From Halorutilales archaeon Cl-col2-1 (GTDB lineage Archaea > Halobacteriota > Halobacteria > Halobacteriales > Afararchaeaceae): a stretch of DNA of 64,000 bases. A program made the position numbers and the translations under genes. Shown one piece after another: positions 1 to 9,442 of the stretch. The stretch lies in assembly GCA_041891055.1 (NCBI GenBank), contig CP169074.1, positions 1,408,001 to 1,472,000 on the forward strand, in the 5' to 3' direction. The notes beneath the pieces are model-generated. The model ran no database searches and was not told where the DNA came from. It saw nothing but the letters and a program-made list of their open reading frames with translations. Within the stretch, counting starts at the first letter, position 1; each line of letters starts with the position of its first letter.

Positions 1-2
1 TA

Positions 3-929
3 GACTGGAGCCCTGCAGTAGCGCGTCTTATAGGGTCGGTGCTCGGCGACGGCTCAGTGAGGTACGACGAAAGCGAGAACACAGTCGACATACGGTACCA
101 CAACACCGACGAGGCTCTGATACAGAGGTTCGTCAGGGACATCGAGTATATCTTTGGAACCGAGCCTTCGGTCCACGAGCGCGAATACGATGACAAGAAG
201 GATGTCTATTATGTTCAGCTACCGTCGGCGGTTTCGAGGATAGTAGTCGAAGTACTCGGGGAGTTTGAGGAGAAGGGAGCCGAATACATACCCGAGAAGC
301 TACAGCCAGTATTCGTGGGTGCCCTCTTCGACGATGAGGGTCATGTGTCGACCGACGGCAAAGCCTTCATCTCGAACATCGACCACAGTCTCCTCTCAGA
401 AGCCGGAAAGATGCTTTCGAACTACGGCATAGACTCCAGTCTCAACGAACCACAGCACAAGCTCTATATCAGAGGAAGACGTGATCTCGAACTCTTCCTC
501 GACACGGTTCCGGTACTCTCCGACAAGAAGTTCTACCGTGGCATAGAACATCTCACAGACTACGGAGTGACACGTAGAAAGGCGCGTCTCCTCGAGCTCA
601 TAGACGGTGAAAGCCTCACGTCGGACGAGATCTCCGACGTTCTGGGTGTTTCGAGGAGTGTCGTCAACTCGTACCTGCGTGAACTCAAGCAGGATGGATA
701 CGTTGAGACGGAGATAGAAGGTAGTAACAGGAGCCACGACTCGAACAGGAGCTTCCTTTACAGTTCGAAGGGGTACCGGAACTCGGTATACTCTCTCGTT
801 CTCGGATATCCCTCGACATCTGAAGTCGTATCCGTCGAGAGACGGGACTACGACGGCTATGTCTACGACCTGACAGTCGACGAGACAGCACCCAACTTCG
901 CGGTCGAGGGCGGCGCAGTCGTCCATAAC
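3..929 (+). mobile_element. Intein with LAGLIDADG homing endonuclease (N-terminal part outside window)
   Basis: Blocks RLIGSVLGDG and FVGALFDDEG; block F YVYDLTV; terminal VVHN followed by Ser (codon 930-932). Confidence 0.92.
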
Positions 930-1928
930 TCCACCCGCCACAATACGATACAGAAACTCTACGACCGCGGCTACATAGAGGAAGACCCGCCGCGTCCGAC
1001 GGGTCTTGCGCGCGCGGTGATAGAGGCGATGGAGGAGTACGCAGACGTAGTCACAGATCCCGAGATGACGAGACGTCTTGAGAAGGACATGGAGAGGATA
1101 GCCGAAGGGGAGATCTCGGAGGAAGAGGTCATGGAAGAATCCCGCGAGATGCTCGAAAGGATCTTCGAGATTCTCGAGGAGAAAGAGGAGGAGATAGGCG
1201 AGTCTCTCCGTGAGGGTCTCAAGGAGGACAGGACACTCGGAGACTGTCCCGAGTGTGGCGGAGACCTCGTGATAAGAAGGACGAGAGGCGGAAGCCAGTT
1301 CATAGGCTGTGACGCCTACCCCGACTGTGAGAACACCTACCCGCTTCCGAACAAGGGCGACCCCGTCTTAGTCGACGACAAGTGTGACGAACACGGGCTC
1401 CAGAAGGTCAAGATGCTCGCGGGACGTTCGACGCATATACACGGCTGTCCTATATGTAAGGAGGAGGAAGCGGAGGACGACGAGGAGACGGTGATAGGCG
1501 ACTGTCCCGAATGTGGAGACGACGAGGGCGGAGAGTTAGCGGTCAAACGCACGAGAAGCGGGGGACGTCTCGTGGGCTGTACGCGGTACCCCGACTGTGA
1601 CTACTCACTTCCCCTACCGAGACGTGGCGACCTCGAGATTACCGACGAGATCTGTGACGAACACGACCTCCCCGAGATGGTGATACACTCGGGAAGCGAG
1701 CCGTGGGAGCTCGGCTGTCCTATCTGTAACTACGAGAACTATAAGAAACAGCAGGAGAAGGACAAGGGTCTCCAGGCGATAAAGGGTATAGGCGACGCGA
1801 CCGAGGAGAAGCTCAACGACGCCGGAATAGAGGAGGTCGACGACCTCAAGGAGGCAGACCCCGAGGATCTCGCCGAGAAGGTCGACGGCGTCTCGGCTGA
1901 CAGGATACAGAAATGGCAGTCGGCGTAG
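3..1928 (+). CDS. topA: DNA topoisomerase IA, 3' part (5'-truncated by window edge), intein-containing
   Basis: After the intein end: STRHNTIQKLYDRGYI (TopA GT-x-STR region), repeated CPECG/CPIC zinc ribbons, C-terminal helix-hairpin-helix (IKGIG). Frame is open from base 3. Confidence 0.93.
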   Translation, partial: DWSPAVARLIGSVLGDGSVRYDESENTVDIRYHNTDEALIQRFVRDIEYIFGTEPSVHEREYDDKKDVYYVQLPSAVSRIVVEVLGEFEEKGAEYIPEKLQPVFVGALFDDEGHVSTDGKAFISNIDHSLLSEAGKMLSNYGIDSSLNEPQHKLYIRGRRDLELFLDTVPVLSDKKFYRGIEHLTDYGVTRRKARLLELIDGESLTSDEISDVLGVSRSVVNSYLRELKQDGYVETEIEGSNRSHDSNRSFLYSSKGYRNSVYSLVLGYPSTSEVVSVERRDYDGYVYDLTVDETAPNFAVEGGAVVHNSTRHNTIQKLYDRGYIEEDPPRPTGLARAVIEAMEEYADVVTDPEMTRRLEKDMERIAEGEISEEEVMEESREMLERIFEILEEKEEEIGESLREGLKEDRTLGDCPECGGDLVIRRTRGGSQFIGCDAYPDCENTYPLPNKGDPVLVDDKCDEHGLQKVKMLAGRSTHIHGCPICKEEEAEDDEETVIGDCPECGDDEGGELAVKRTRSGGRLVGCTRYPDCDYSLPLPRRGDLEITDEICDEHDLPEMVIHSGSEPWELGCPICNYENYKKQQEKDKGLQAIKGIGDATEEKLNDAGIEEVDDLKEADPEDLAEKVDGVSADRIQKWQSA

Positions 1929-1930
1929 AA

Positions 1931-2341
1931 TCAGACGTCTCTTTTTAGAAAGTCGTCAGGAGTTAAGATAGGGATACCGTCGTACTCCGTGAGATCCAGA
2001 AGATGTCTGTCTCCCGAAATAACATAGTCCACGTCGACTGAGACAGCACACTCCAAGAACACACTGTCATCGGGGTCGTCGACTGCGTCGATATCGAGAT
2101 CTGGATCGGGTCTCACAACGTGAAACTCGGTGACTACTATCTCGAGGAATGACTGCCTTTCGTCGGGAGTCAGACCAAGTCGATCGTACTCCAATACTCG
2201 AGACAGTTCGTCTATTATGGCAGGTGAGGAGTAAGCGTCAATCGAGTTGTCGAAAACAAGTTCGAGACAGTCCTCGGGCTTGCCGTCCCATCCGAGAGCC
2301 GAGACGAGGACGTTGGTATCGAAGACTACTCGCGTGCCCAT
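1931..2341 (-). CDS. PIN-domain (VapC-like) toxin
   Basis: VVFDTNVLVSA, DPDD..FLECA, ISGDRHLL; overlaps upstream antitoxin. Confidence 0.88.
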   Translation of the reverse strand: MGTRVVFDTNVLVSALGWDGKPEDCLELVFDNSIDAYSSPAIIDELSRVLEYDRLGLTPDERQSFLEIVVTEFHVVRPDPDLDIDAVDDPDDSVFLECAVSVDVDYVISGDRHLLDLTEYDGIPILTPDDFLKRDV

Positions 2342-2580
2342 TCTACGGCTTCCTCGACCTCATCTTCAGCCACTCCCTTCTCTTCAAGACGTCGCTGAAC
2401 CCTCTGGCTCAGCTCCTCGTACTTCTCCTCAACATCTATGTCGAGCTTCTTGAACAGGACACCGTCCTCGACAGAGACCGCAATGAATCTGTCGGATGGA
2501 TCAAACCCCTCGCTATCACGTATCTCCTTCGGAACCACGAGCTGACCCTTGTCGGACATCTTGACTACCTCGGAGGTCAT
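2326..2580 (-). CDS. AbrB/MazE/SpoVT-family antitoxin
   Basis: KMSDKGQLVVPKEIR swapped-hairpin motif; coupled to PIN gene. Confidence 0.87.
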   Translation of the reverse strand: MTSEVVKMSDKGQLVVPKEIRDSEGFDPSDRFIAVSVEDGVLFKKLDIDVEEKYEELSQRVQRRLEEKGVAEDEVEEAVEWARE

Positions 2581-2684
2581 AATAAGAATATTAGAAAGTT
2601 GAACTGTTAAACCTTACGTCAGTTTCAGAGAGATACAGACTCGAACCAAGACACGTTTAAGCCTCGACTAATTACTTTCTGAGC

Positions 2685-3086
2685 ATGTCCGAGGACGCAG
2701 AAGCCACAGAGAGGGTCTCGATAGGTCTCCGAGGCTGGACCTTCGACCCCGACAACGTCTTCGACGACGACGGCGAATTAAAGTCAGTAGACGACATACC
2801 CGAGGACGACCGTCTACGAGTCGTCCGTCTCACAGAGATAATAGGAAACGCGTGCCACGTCTGTATGTTGCGCCATCCCAACGAGGGCTGGGACGTCTGG
2901 AAGAAAGCCGACGCTGTCTACGGCGAGCCCACGACGGAGGTTCTCGTCTGTGACGAACACGAGCCCGACTTCCTCTACTGGTACTTCGAGGAGGGTGGCG
3001 AGGCATACAAGGGCGAGGAGGAGCTTCCCGACGAGTTCCACGCGTGGATCAGGGACGGCGGCGAGGCTCCCGAAGGATACTCATAA
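2685..3086 (+). CDS. Conserved haloarchaeal hypothetical protein (CxxC, CxxH)
   Basis: 133-aa acidic ORF, TTTAA box about 28 nt upstream of ATG. Confidence 0.7.
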   Translation: MSEDAEATERVSIGLRGWTFDPDNVFDDDGELKSVDDIPEDDRLRVVRLTEIIGNACHVCMLRHPNEGWDVWKKADAVYGEPTTEVLVCDEHEPDFLYWYFEEGGEAYKGEEELPDEFHAWIRDGGEAPEGYS

Positions 3087-3177
3087 TAACTTTAACGATA
3101 ATTACGTAACCTATAACTTGTTCGAGTATCGATTTGGTAACTACTGACGTAGTAAGGAAGACAGGTGAATCCAAATA

Positions 3178-4014
3178 ATGGATGACAACTATCCGAGCCA
3201 AGGGCGAAGACGTTTCGTAAAGAGCATGGTCGGGGCTGGAGTCCTCGGAAGCGTCGCAGCGGTGGGATACAGCAGCGTGGATATGCTCACACAGAAGACG
3301 GGAGTCGGAGGAGGACAGGTTCAGTACAGAGGTATAGAGATAGTCGACGGTCCCGCTCCGCGTGGGATGTCACAGATTCCTCTCTCGATAGAGGGCGGCG
3401 AGATAGTCGGAAGGGCTCCGTCGCCTTCGGGCGGTGAAGAGAACCCGACGTTAAGCATAGCGGGTTTCGATTACTCGCTCGACTGGTTCCAGTACTGCGG
3501 AGTCCAGAACTACCCCGGAGTACAGCCCGGCTTCGAGAGCGACAACAAGTTCAAGTACTCTGCTAGAGGCTGGCACTCCGACAGGGAAGGTGACGTGATG
3601 AAGGTAAGCGACTTCGACGACTGGGAGTCTTACGTCGGAGACGCCGACAACGCCACCGAGGGTCTCGGTAAGCCCGCGTGGGGTACGTGGAGAAGCGAGG
3701 GCGTCGACAAGAATATACCTGTCTCAGTCATAAAGACTGACAAGCAGAGGCTCCTCGACAATGCGAGCAACGACCAGCAGAGACAGTGGATAGACGAGAC
3801 GTGTCCTCAGGGATTCATAGGCTGGATCAACAAGTGTACTCACTTCTGCTGTGTCCCACAGGGATTCCAGACATCCGACTTCGGCTGTGGAGGAGGAGTC
3901 TGCTCCGCCGATAAGGTCTACTGCCAGTGCCACCAGTCGAAGTACGATCCGTTCAACGTAGTCGACGGCACGATGATTGCCCTGCCTCGACCCCCCGCCG
4001 AGGACGTACTGTGA
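3178..4014 (+). CDS. Rieske [2Fe-2S] protein with Tat signal (bc-complex type)
   Basis: GRRRFVK Tat motif plus TM helix; CTHFCC and CQCHQSKYDP boxes. Confidence 0.88.
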   Translation: MDDNYPSQGRRRFVKSMVGAGVLGSVAAVGYSSVDMLTQKTGVGGGQVQYRGIEIVDGPAPRGMSQIPLSIEGGEIVGRAPSPSGGEENPTLSIAGFDYSLDWFQYCGVQNYPGVQPGFESDNKFKYSARGWHSDREGDVMKVSDFDDWESYVGDADNATEGLGKPAWGTWRSEGVDKNIPVSVIKTDKQRLLDNASNDQQRQWIDETCPQGFIGWINKCTHFCCVPQGFQTSDFGCGGGVCSADKVYCQCHQSKYDPFNVVDGTMIALPRPPAEDVL

Positions 4015-4048
4015 AGACTTAGCTCGTCATTATCTTCTCAATTCAAAC

Positions 4049-5380
4049 TTAACTCAGTCTCTCGACTACCTCCTCGACGCGCTCGACCGCGGTTCCTATG
4101 TAGTCGTCAGGATTGAGAAGAGTCTCGACCTCGTCGGCGTCGAGGTACTCAGCTATCTCGTCGTCGTCGAGTACCGCCTCTTCCATGTCTATCTCCTCGT
4201 CGTGTACTCTCATAGCCGCCTGTCTCACCCTCTCATGTGCCTTCTGACGTCCCATTCCCTTCCTAGCGAGCTCCATCATGACCGCTTCAGCCATGTTGGC
4301 TCCGTCGAAGATGCCGAGATTCTCACGTATCTCGTCGTCGTGGAACCCGAGGTTCTCGATGACGTCAGTGGCGCGCGCTAGGAGATGGTCGGCTACTACA
4401 CTCGTCTCTGTGAACGTAATCCTTTCAGTCGACGAGTTGGTGAGGTCACGCTCCTCCCATAGGGTGTTGTTCCTGAGCTCTGTGTTTACCGACTCACGTA
4501 CGACGCGCGCTAGCCCACAGATCTGTTCGCTCTTTATGGGGTTGCGTTTGTGGGGCATAGTCGACGATCCGACCTGTTTCTCTCCGAATCCCTCTTCGAC
4601 CTCGCCGATCTCGGTTCTCTGCATGTTACGTATGTTTATGCCTATCTTGTCGAGTGTCGTAGCGACGTTGGCGAGGAAGAAGACGTACTCGGAGTGTCTG
4701 TCGCGCTGTATTATCTGGTTCGAGATCTCCGCCTCGTCTAATCCGAGTATCTCGGTAGTTCGGCGGGATATCTCGCGCGCGTTGTCGCCGAAAGATGCCT
4801 GAGTACCCACAGCACCGCTCATCTGTCCGACCAAGAGACGTTCCCTGAGTTCGTCGAGACGGTCGAGATGTCTGTCGGTCTCCGACGCCCAGATAGCGAA
4901 CTTGTGTCCCCACGTCGTCGGTACTCCGACCTGTCCGTGTGTCCGTCCCGCACAGACGGTCTCCTTGTGTTCGTCCGCCTTCTCAACGAGAGCGTCACGG
5001 AGGTCGAGAAGCTTCTCCTCTATGAGGTCACACGCCTCCTCTAACCGGAGAGCGTCGGCTGTGTCTATTATGTCGTTCGACGTCGCCCCGAAATGTATGT
5101 ACTCGCCGTAGTCGTCGGAACAGTTCTCCTCTATCGCACGGACGACAGCCATGACGTCGTGGTGGATCTCCGCCTCTATCTCCTTGACGCGATCAAGTGT
5201 AACGTCGTTGGCGGCTTCCCGAATCTCGTCCGCCGCGCCCTTAGGTATGTCTCCCGTCTCCTCCTCGGCGCGCGCGAGAGCGACCTCGACCTCGACCATC
5301 TTCTCTAACTTGTTCTCCTCGTCCCAGACCGATCTCATCTCTTCGGTTCCGTATCTGTAATCTATCGGATGGACTGCCAT
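4049..5380 (-). CDS. purB: Adenylosuccinate lyase
   Basis: GSSTMPHKRNP signature, GRTHGQ, HFGATSND. Confidence 0.96.
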   Translation of the reverse strand: MAVHPIDYRYGTEEMRSVWDEENKLEKMVEVEVALARAEEETGDIPKGAADEIREAANDVTLDRVKEIEAEIHHDVMAVVRAIEENCSDDYGEYIHFGATSNDIIDTADALRLEEACDLIEEKLLDLRDALVEKADEHKETVCAGRTHGQVGVPTTWGHKFAIWASETDRHLDRLDELRERLLVGQMSGAVGTQASFGDNAREISRRTTEILGLDEAEISNQIIQRDRHSEYVFFLANVATTLDKIGINIRNMQRTEIGEVEEGFGEKQVGSSTMPHKRNPIKSEQICGLARVVRESVNTELRNNTLWEERDLTNSSTERITFTETSVVADHLLARATDVIENLGFHDDEIRENLGIFDGANMAEAVMMELARKGMGRQKAHERVRQAAMRVHDEEIDMEEAVLDDDEIAEYLDADEVETLLNPDDYIGTAVERVEEVVERLS

Positions 5381-5441
5381 GGACGAGATTACTCCGAGAC
5401 CGAGAAAAGGACTGTGTTATGCTGCTGTGCTATGCTATTGT

Positions 5442-6116
5442 TTATATTCTAGTTTCGGTGCCTTCGAGGGCGTCGACGTAGCCCTGTGCGTAGAGACGGT
5501 TGGCGACGACAGCGAAGTAGAAGGTCACGAAGACGCCGATGATCTGTCCTAGTAGGGGTATAATTCCCAGAATTCCTGTTATGAAGCCGCCGACGAGCAT
5601 CATCACGAGTCCGAAGACCCATGCCATGGCGTAGTCTCCCGTGGAGACGACAGACTTGATAGTACCGACGTCGAATGCAGATCCTATCTTACCAGACTTC
5701 GAGAAACTGGTGAGTGCGGCGGGTAGGAGGTACCAGAAGACGAGGAATAGGAGAGCCGAGACGAGGAAGCCGATGGCTCCCATTCCCGCGCCTAATGCAC
5801 CGCCGGCTCTTCCTCCACCCATCATCGCCATCATGGAGCCGCCGACTGTCACAAAAAAGACGACAGCGGGTATTATCATGTATATTATTCCGATAACTGT
5901 CGCCTTGAGACCTTCTACGAGTAGGTCACCCCAGTCGCCGAAGCTTGGGGGTCTCTCGTCCCCCTGAGTAGTCGTCCTCAGAACCCTGACGTAGTATCCC
6001 GAAACTACGAATATAGGGAGTATCAGAACGCCGATTAACGTAAGTATACCGCCTATCAGGATGTTCTTAGCGGCTTCGTCGCTGTTCATAGGATATCTTA
6101 CGGCGTCTTCTATCAT
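5442..6116 (-). CDS. DUF4013-like membrane protein
   Basis: DAVRYP...GYYVRVLR...PSFGDWGDLLVEGLK pattern, multiple TM helices. Confidence 0.75.
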   Translation of the reverse strand: MIEDAVRYPMNSDEAAKNILIGGILTLIGVLILPIFVVSGYYVRVLRTTTQGDERPPSFGDWGDLLVEGLKATVIGIIYMIIPAVVFFVTVGGSMMAMMGGGRAGGALGAGMGAIGFLVSALLFLVFWYLLPAALTSFSKSGKIGSAFDVGTIKSVVSTGDYAMAWVFGLVMMLVGGFITGILGIIPLLGQIIGVFVTFYFAVVANRLYAQGYVDALEGTETRI

Positions 6117-6239
6117 TGTACTTTATAATTCAGACATAGATAACACATAAATCTATGGTCTGTTTGGCTATATAGGTCAAACCTCCTACCGTTGACAAAA
6201 CCTGAAATGTTAACCCCGACGAGTACTATCTTCGTATGT

Positions 6240-7412
6240 ATGAACTTCGACTACGACCATCCCGACACTAGCCTGCGTTTCGGACGCGGGAGAAGGAACG
6301 AGATAGGTGAGATAACGAGTGAGTACGGAGACACAGCCGCCGTCGTCACGACGAGAACCGCGATGCAGGAGGCGGGCTTCTTGGACGACGTCGAGGAGAG
6401 TCTAGACGAGGCAGGCGTCGAGTACCTCGTGTATAACTACGTCCAGCCCAACCCGACCGTAGAGAACGTCGAGAACGGCATCAGAGAGCTCTGGGACAAC
6501 GACGTAGACGTCGTCGTGGCTATGGGAGGCGGAAGCGTGATGGACACAGCAAAGACGATGGCACTCGGACTCGCGTCTCTCGACTCTCCCGACGAATCGA
6601 TCTGGGGATACTGCACAGGAGAGGAAGAGATCGAGGAAGCGTTACCGATAGTCGCAGTCCCAACGACGAGCGGAACCGGGAGCCATATTGACCCGTGGGC
6701 TGTGATCTCGAACGAAGAGGCGGACGCCAAGCCCGGATTCGGAGGTGATCCTCTTATACCTAAAGCCGCTGTCGTCGACCCCGACATACCCGGTGAGATG
6801 CCACCTAAGCTCACGGCTAGGACGGGATTCGACGCCCTGTGCCACCTCAACGAGGCGTACGTCGCAGAAGGAGCAAGCGGTATGTCGGATGTCTTCGCCG
6901 AGAAGGGTATAGAGAAAGTAGGGGACTACCTCAGGGACGCGGTCGACGACGATACCGAGGCGAGGGAGGAGATGGCTGTCGCCGACACGCTCGCGGGAAT
7001 CTGTGAGACGACGAGCATGGTCATAGTGACCCACGCGCTCGCACATTCCGTGAGTGCTCTCCATCCGGATGTCGCACACGGAGACGCTCTCGCGGCACTC
7101 ACGTCCGAGGTCGCGAGATTCAACGTCGAGAACGGTGACAAGGAAACGAAGAAGAGGTACTCGAAGATAGCTGAGCTTCTAGGCGTCGAGATAGCCGACC
7201 CCGTCCTCGACGCTATCTACGTCGTCGACGCGTTCGAGGAGCTAAAGAAAGACATAGGACTCAACGTGACACTCGAAGACCTCGGAGTAGAGGAGGACGA
7301 GATAGAGGAGCTCGCCGACAACTCCGAGGAGTACATGGAGATGGCGATAGAGACGAACCCCGTCGAGCTCGACCACGACGACCTCGTCGAGATACTCGAA
7401 GAGTCGTACTAA
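6240..7412 (+). CDS. Iron-containing alcohol dehydrogenase
   Basis: GGGSVMDTAK, PTTSGTGS, DALCH..HALAH..HG metal ligands; ATG at 6240 preferred. Confidence 0.9.
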   Translation: MNFDYDHPDTSLRFGRGRRNEIGEITSEYGDTAAVVTTRTAMQEAGFLDDVEESLDEAGVEYLVYNYVQPNPTVENVENGIRELWDNDVDVVVAMGGGSVMDTAKTMALGLASLDSPDESIWGYCTGEEEIEEALPIVAVPTTSGTGSHIDPWAVISNEEADAKPGFGGDPLIPKAAVVDPDIPGEMPPKLTARTGFDALCHLNEAYVAEGASGMSDVFAEKGIEKVGDYLRDAVDDDTEAREEMAVADTLAGICETTSMVIVTHALAHSVSALHPDVAHGDALAALTSEVARFNVENGDKETKKRYSKIAELLGVEIADPVLDAIYVVDAFEELKKDIGLNVTLEDLGVEEDEIEELADNSEEYMEMAIETNPVELDHDDLVEILEESY

Positions 7413-7420
7413 CTACTACA

Positions 7421-8287
7421 CTACGGACGGCTATGTACCCAGTAGTCGCCTGACTCTGTGACCTCCTTCTTGAATATAGGAACCTCGTCCTTGAGACGGT
7501 TTATGCCGTCCTCGACGGTCTCGAAAGCCTCATCGCGGTGTCCCGCGAGTACGACGACGTGGACTATGTCCTCCTCGCCCTCAACGACACCTGTCTTGTG
7601 GTACATCAGTACCTCGTAGACTCCGTCTCTCTGTTTGAGTTCGGAACGTATAGAGTCGAGCCTCTCATCGGCGACTCCCTCATACTTCTCGAACTTAAGA
7701 TGTGTAGTCTCGGCGTCTTCGTGGTTCTCGACACGCACCCGTCCCGTGAACGTCGCCACAGCCCCCGCCTTTGGCGAGTCGGGATGCGACTTCGCGCGCC
7801 GGACGAGTGATCCAACTGTCTCGTACTCCTCGGCGTCTTTTATCACATCTAGTACCTCGGTGACGTCAATGTCGGAGACCGTGTCAGCGCTCAGAACCAC
7901 GTCACCGTCGAGGACATCGTGGTTCAGATCTCCGAGAACCACCTTCGGAAGACGGCTCGTCTTGAATCCCTCGACGAGGACGTAGTCGTAGCCGTCGTCG
8001 GCGAGTCGGTCGAGGCGTTCGGAGAGTCTGCGTGACTTCGAGACGTCGGCATCTTCGTCGGAGTCACGCGCCTCCGTAATCTCGAAGCTATTCGACGGCG
8101 TGACCCCGACGACAGTCTCGGCTCCCGCCTCGGCGTGTCTGTATGTGTCCTTCCCCTCTTCGTCCACATCGATGTCGTGGTGTATCGACTTGAGAGTCGC
8201 CACAGAGCCGTCGAGTTGGCTCACGAGACTTTCAATGAGTGACGTCTTTCCCGAGTCAGAGTGCCCCACTACCCCGAGAACTTTCAT
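7421..8287 (-). CDS. moaE: MobB-MoaE fusion (molybdopterin synthase catalytic subunit)
   Basis: N-terminal GHSDSGKT P-loop/VEGFK; C-terminal GAVATFTGRVR, GHR.EAF, LKDEVPIFKKE. Confidence 0.9.
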   Translation of the reverse strand: MKVLGVVGHSDSGKTSLIESLVSQLDGSVATLKSIHHDIDVDEEGKDTYRHAEAGAETVVGVTPSNSFEITEARDSDEDADVSKSRRLSERLDRLADDGYDYVLVEGFKTSRLPKVVLGDLNHDVLDGDVVLSADTVSDIDVTEVLDVIKDAEEYETVGSLVRRAKSHPDSPKAGAVATFTGRVRVENHEDAETTHLKFEKYEGVADERLDSIRSELKQRDGVYEVLMYHKTGVVEGEEDIVHVVVLAGHRDEAFETVEDGINRLKDEVPIFKKEVTESGDYWVHSRP

Positions 8288-8313
8288 ATACGTAACTTCT
8301 CGCGTTTCCTATT

Positions 8314-9333
8314 CTATCCTTCGGTCTCAGCGATCCCGTCGAGTATCTCCTCGGCGGCCTCGTTCGATCCGCCCTCGGCTTCTCTCCGGATAGCTTCGAG
8401 GGCGCGTTCCCTTACTTCGCCGTCTTCGAGGTTCTGCTGTGTGACACGCAGAAGCTTCTCGGTCGAGTCAATAGCCTGGGATACCGCGTCTGAGACTCGG
8501 TCGGCGTCGGCTTCCGACTCGACCACTACGCTGTCGTCGTCGACTTCAACCCCCTCGATACCGTTTTTCTCGACGTACTCCTCTAGCGATGTCATGAAAG
8601 GTATATCACCCGAGACATCCGAGAGGCTGTCACGGACAGCGTCGACGGTACGTCTGTATCCGTATCCTCTCCCGTAATCCTCGGTTGCGGTGGGTTCCGA
8701 GACGTCAGTGGCGTCAGCAGCTTCGTTCGAGTCGTCGAAGACCTCGAAACCGTCGTAGTCGTAGACGTCTAAGAGTACGTCGTTCGAGTCGTCGTCGATG
8801 ACCTCGACTACACCTCCTACTCCTTCGAGTGTCTCGTCGGAGGTCTGGATCACCGAGGAGAAAGGTTCACCGTCGGTGAGATGGACGGCCCCGTATGTCT
8901 CCGAGTCGTCGGAGTTGAGAACGACCGATCCCATGAAGCCCTCGTCCCTGAGGTCGTCGAGGAATCCCCTCGGGTCGACGTAGTCGGTGTGTAGACCCTT
9001 GTGAACCGAATCGCCAAGAACCGATGCCTCGACACCTGCGGTGAGATCCTGCTCCAGTGAGACAGCGCGGATACGTGAGTCGTCGTCGAATAGTTCTCCA
9101 AGGTCGGAGTCTCGAACCTCCTCAGGCTCAAAGACGACACCGTTGTAGACGCCTCCGACGGGATCTCCGTCGGAGAAGACGAAGACGCCTCTCAGTTCAT
9201 CCCCCGCCTCAACCGCAACGTATCCTGTCAGATCCCTATTCTCGACGTCGTCGATCAGCGGTACGAACTCGACGAAGTCAGCACTCAGACTGCCGTACAG
9301 ACTCTTCCCCCCGGGAAGACTTACCCCACCCAT
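8314..9333 (-). CDS. Hypothetical protein, DUF2226-like tandem domains
   Basis: Two similar halves (LPGG..LTGYV..GVFVFSDG / L.DEGFMGSV..GAVHLTDG); ATG at 9333 avoids overlap with panB. Confidence 0.55.
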   Translation of the reverse strand: MGGVSLPGGKSLYGSLSADFVEFVPLIDDVENRDLTGYVAVEAGDELRGVFVFSDGDPVGGVYNGVVFEPEEVRDSDLGELFDDDSRIRAVSLEQDLTAGVEASVLGDSVHKGLHTDYVDPRGFLDDLRDEGFMGSVVLNSDDSETYGAVHLTDGEPFSSVIQTSDETLEGVGGVVEVIDDDSNDVLLDVYDYDGFEVFDDSNEAADATDVSEPTATEDYGRGYGYRRTVDAVRDSLSDVSGDIPFMTSLEEYVEKNGIEGVEVDDDSVVVESEADADRVSDAVSQAIDSTEKLLRVTQQNLEDGEVRERALEAIRREAEGGSNEAAEEILDGIAETEG

Positions 9334-9442
9334 ACTCACACCTACACACTCATCCCGAATAAGTATTTGTTCGGTACTGTCAGATCCGCACTTCACAGGT
9401 CTACGGTATGGTTTATCTGTGCTCGGCGCGACAGAGACGGTA

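Noticed and set aside
7421-8287. MobB-MoaE fusion as novelty
   Set aside because: Standard architecture in haloarchaea
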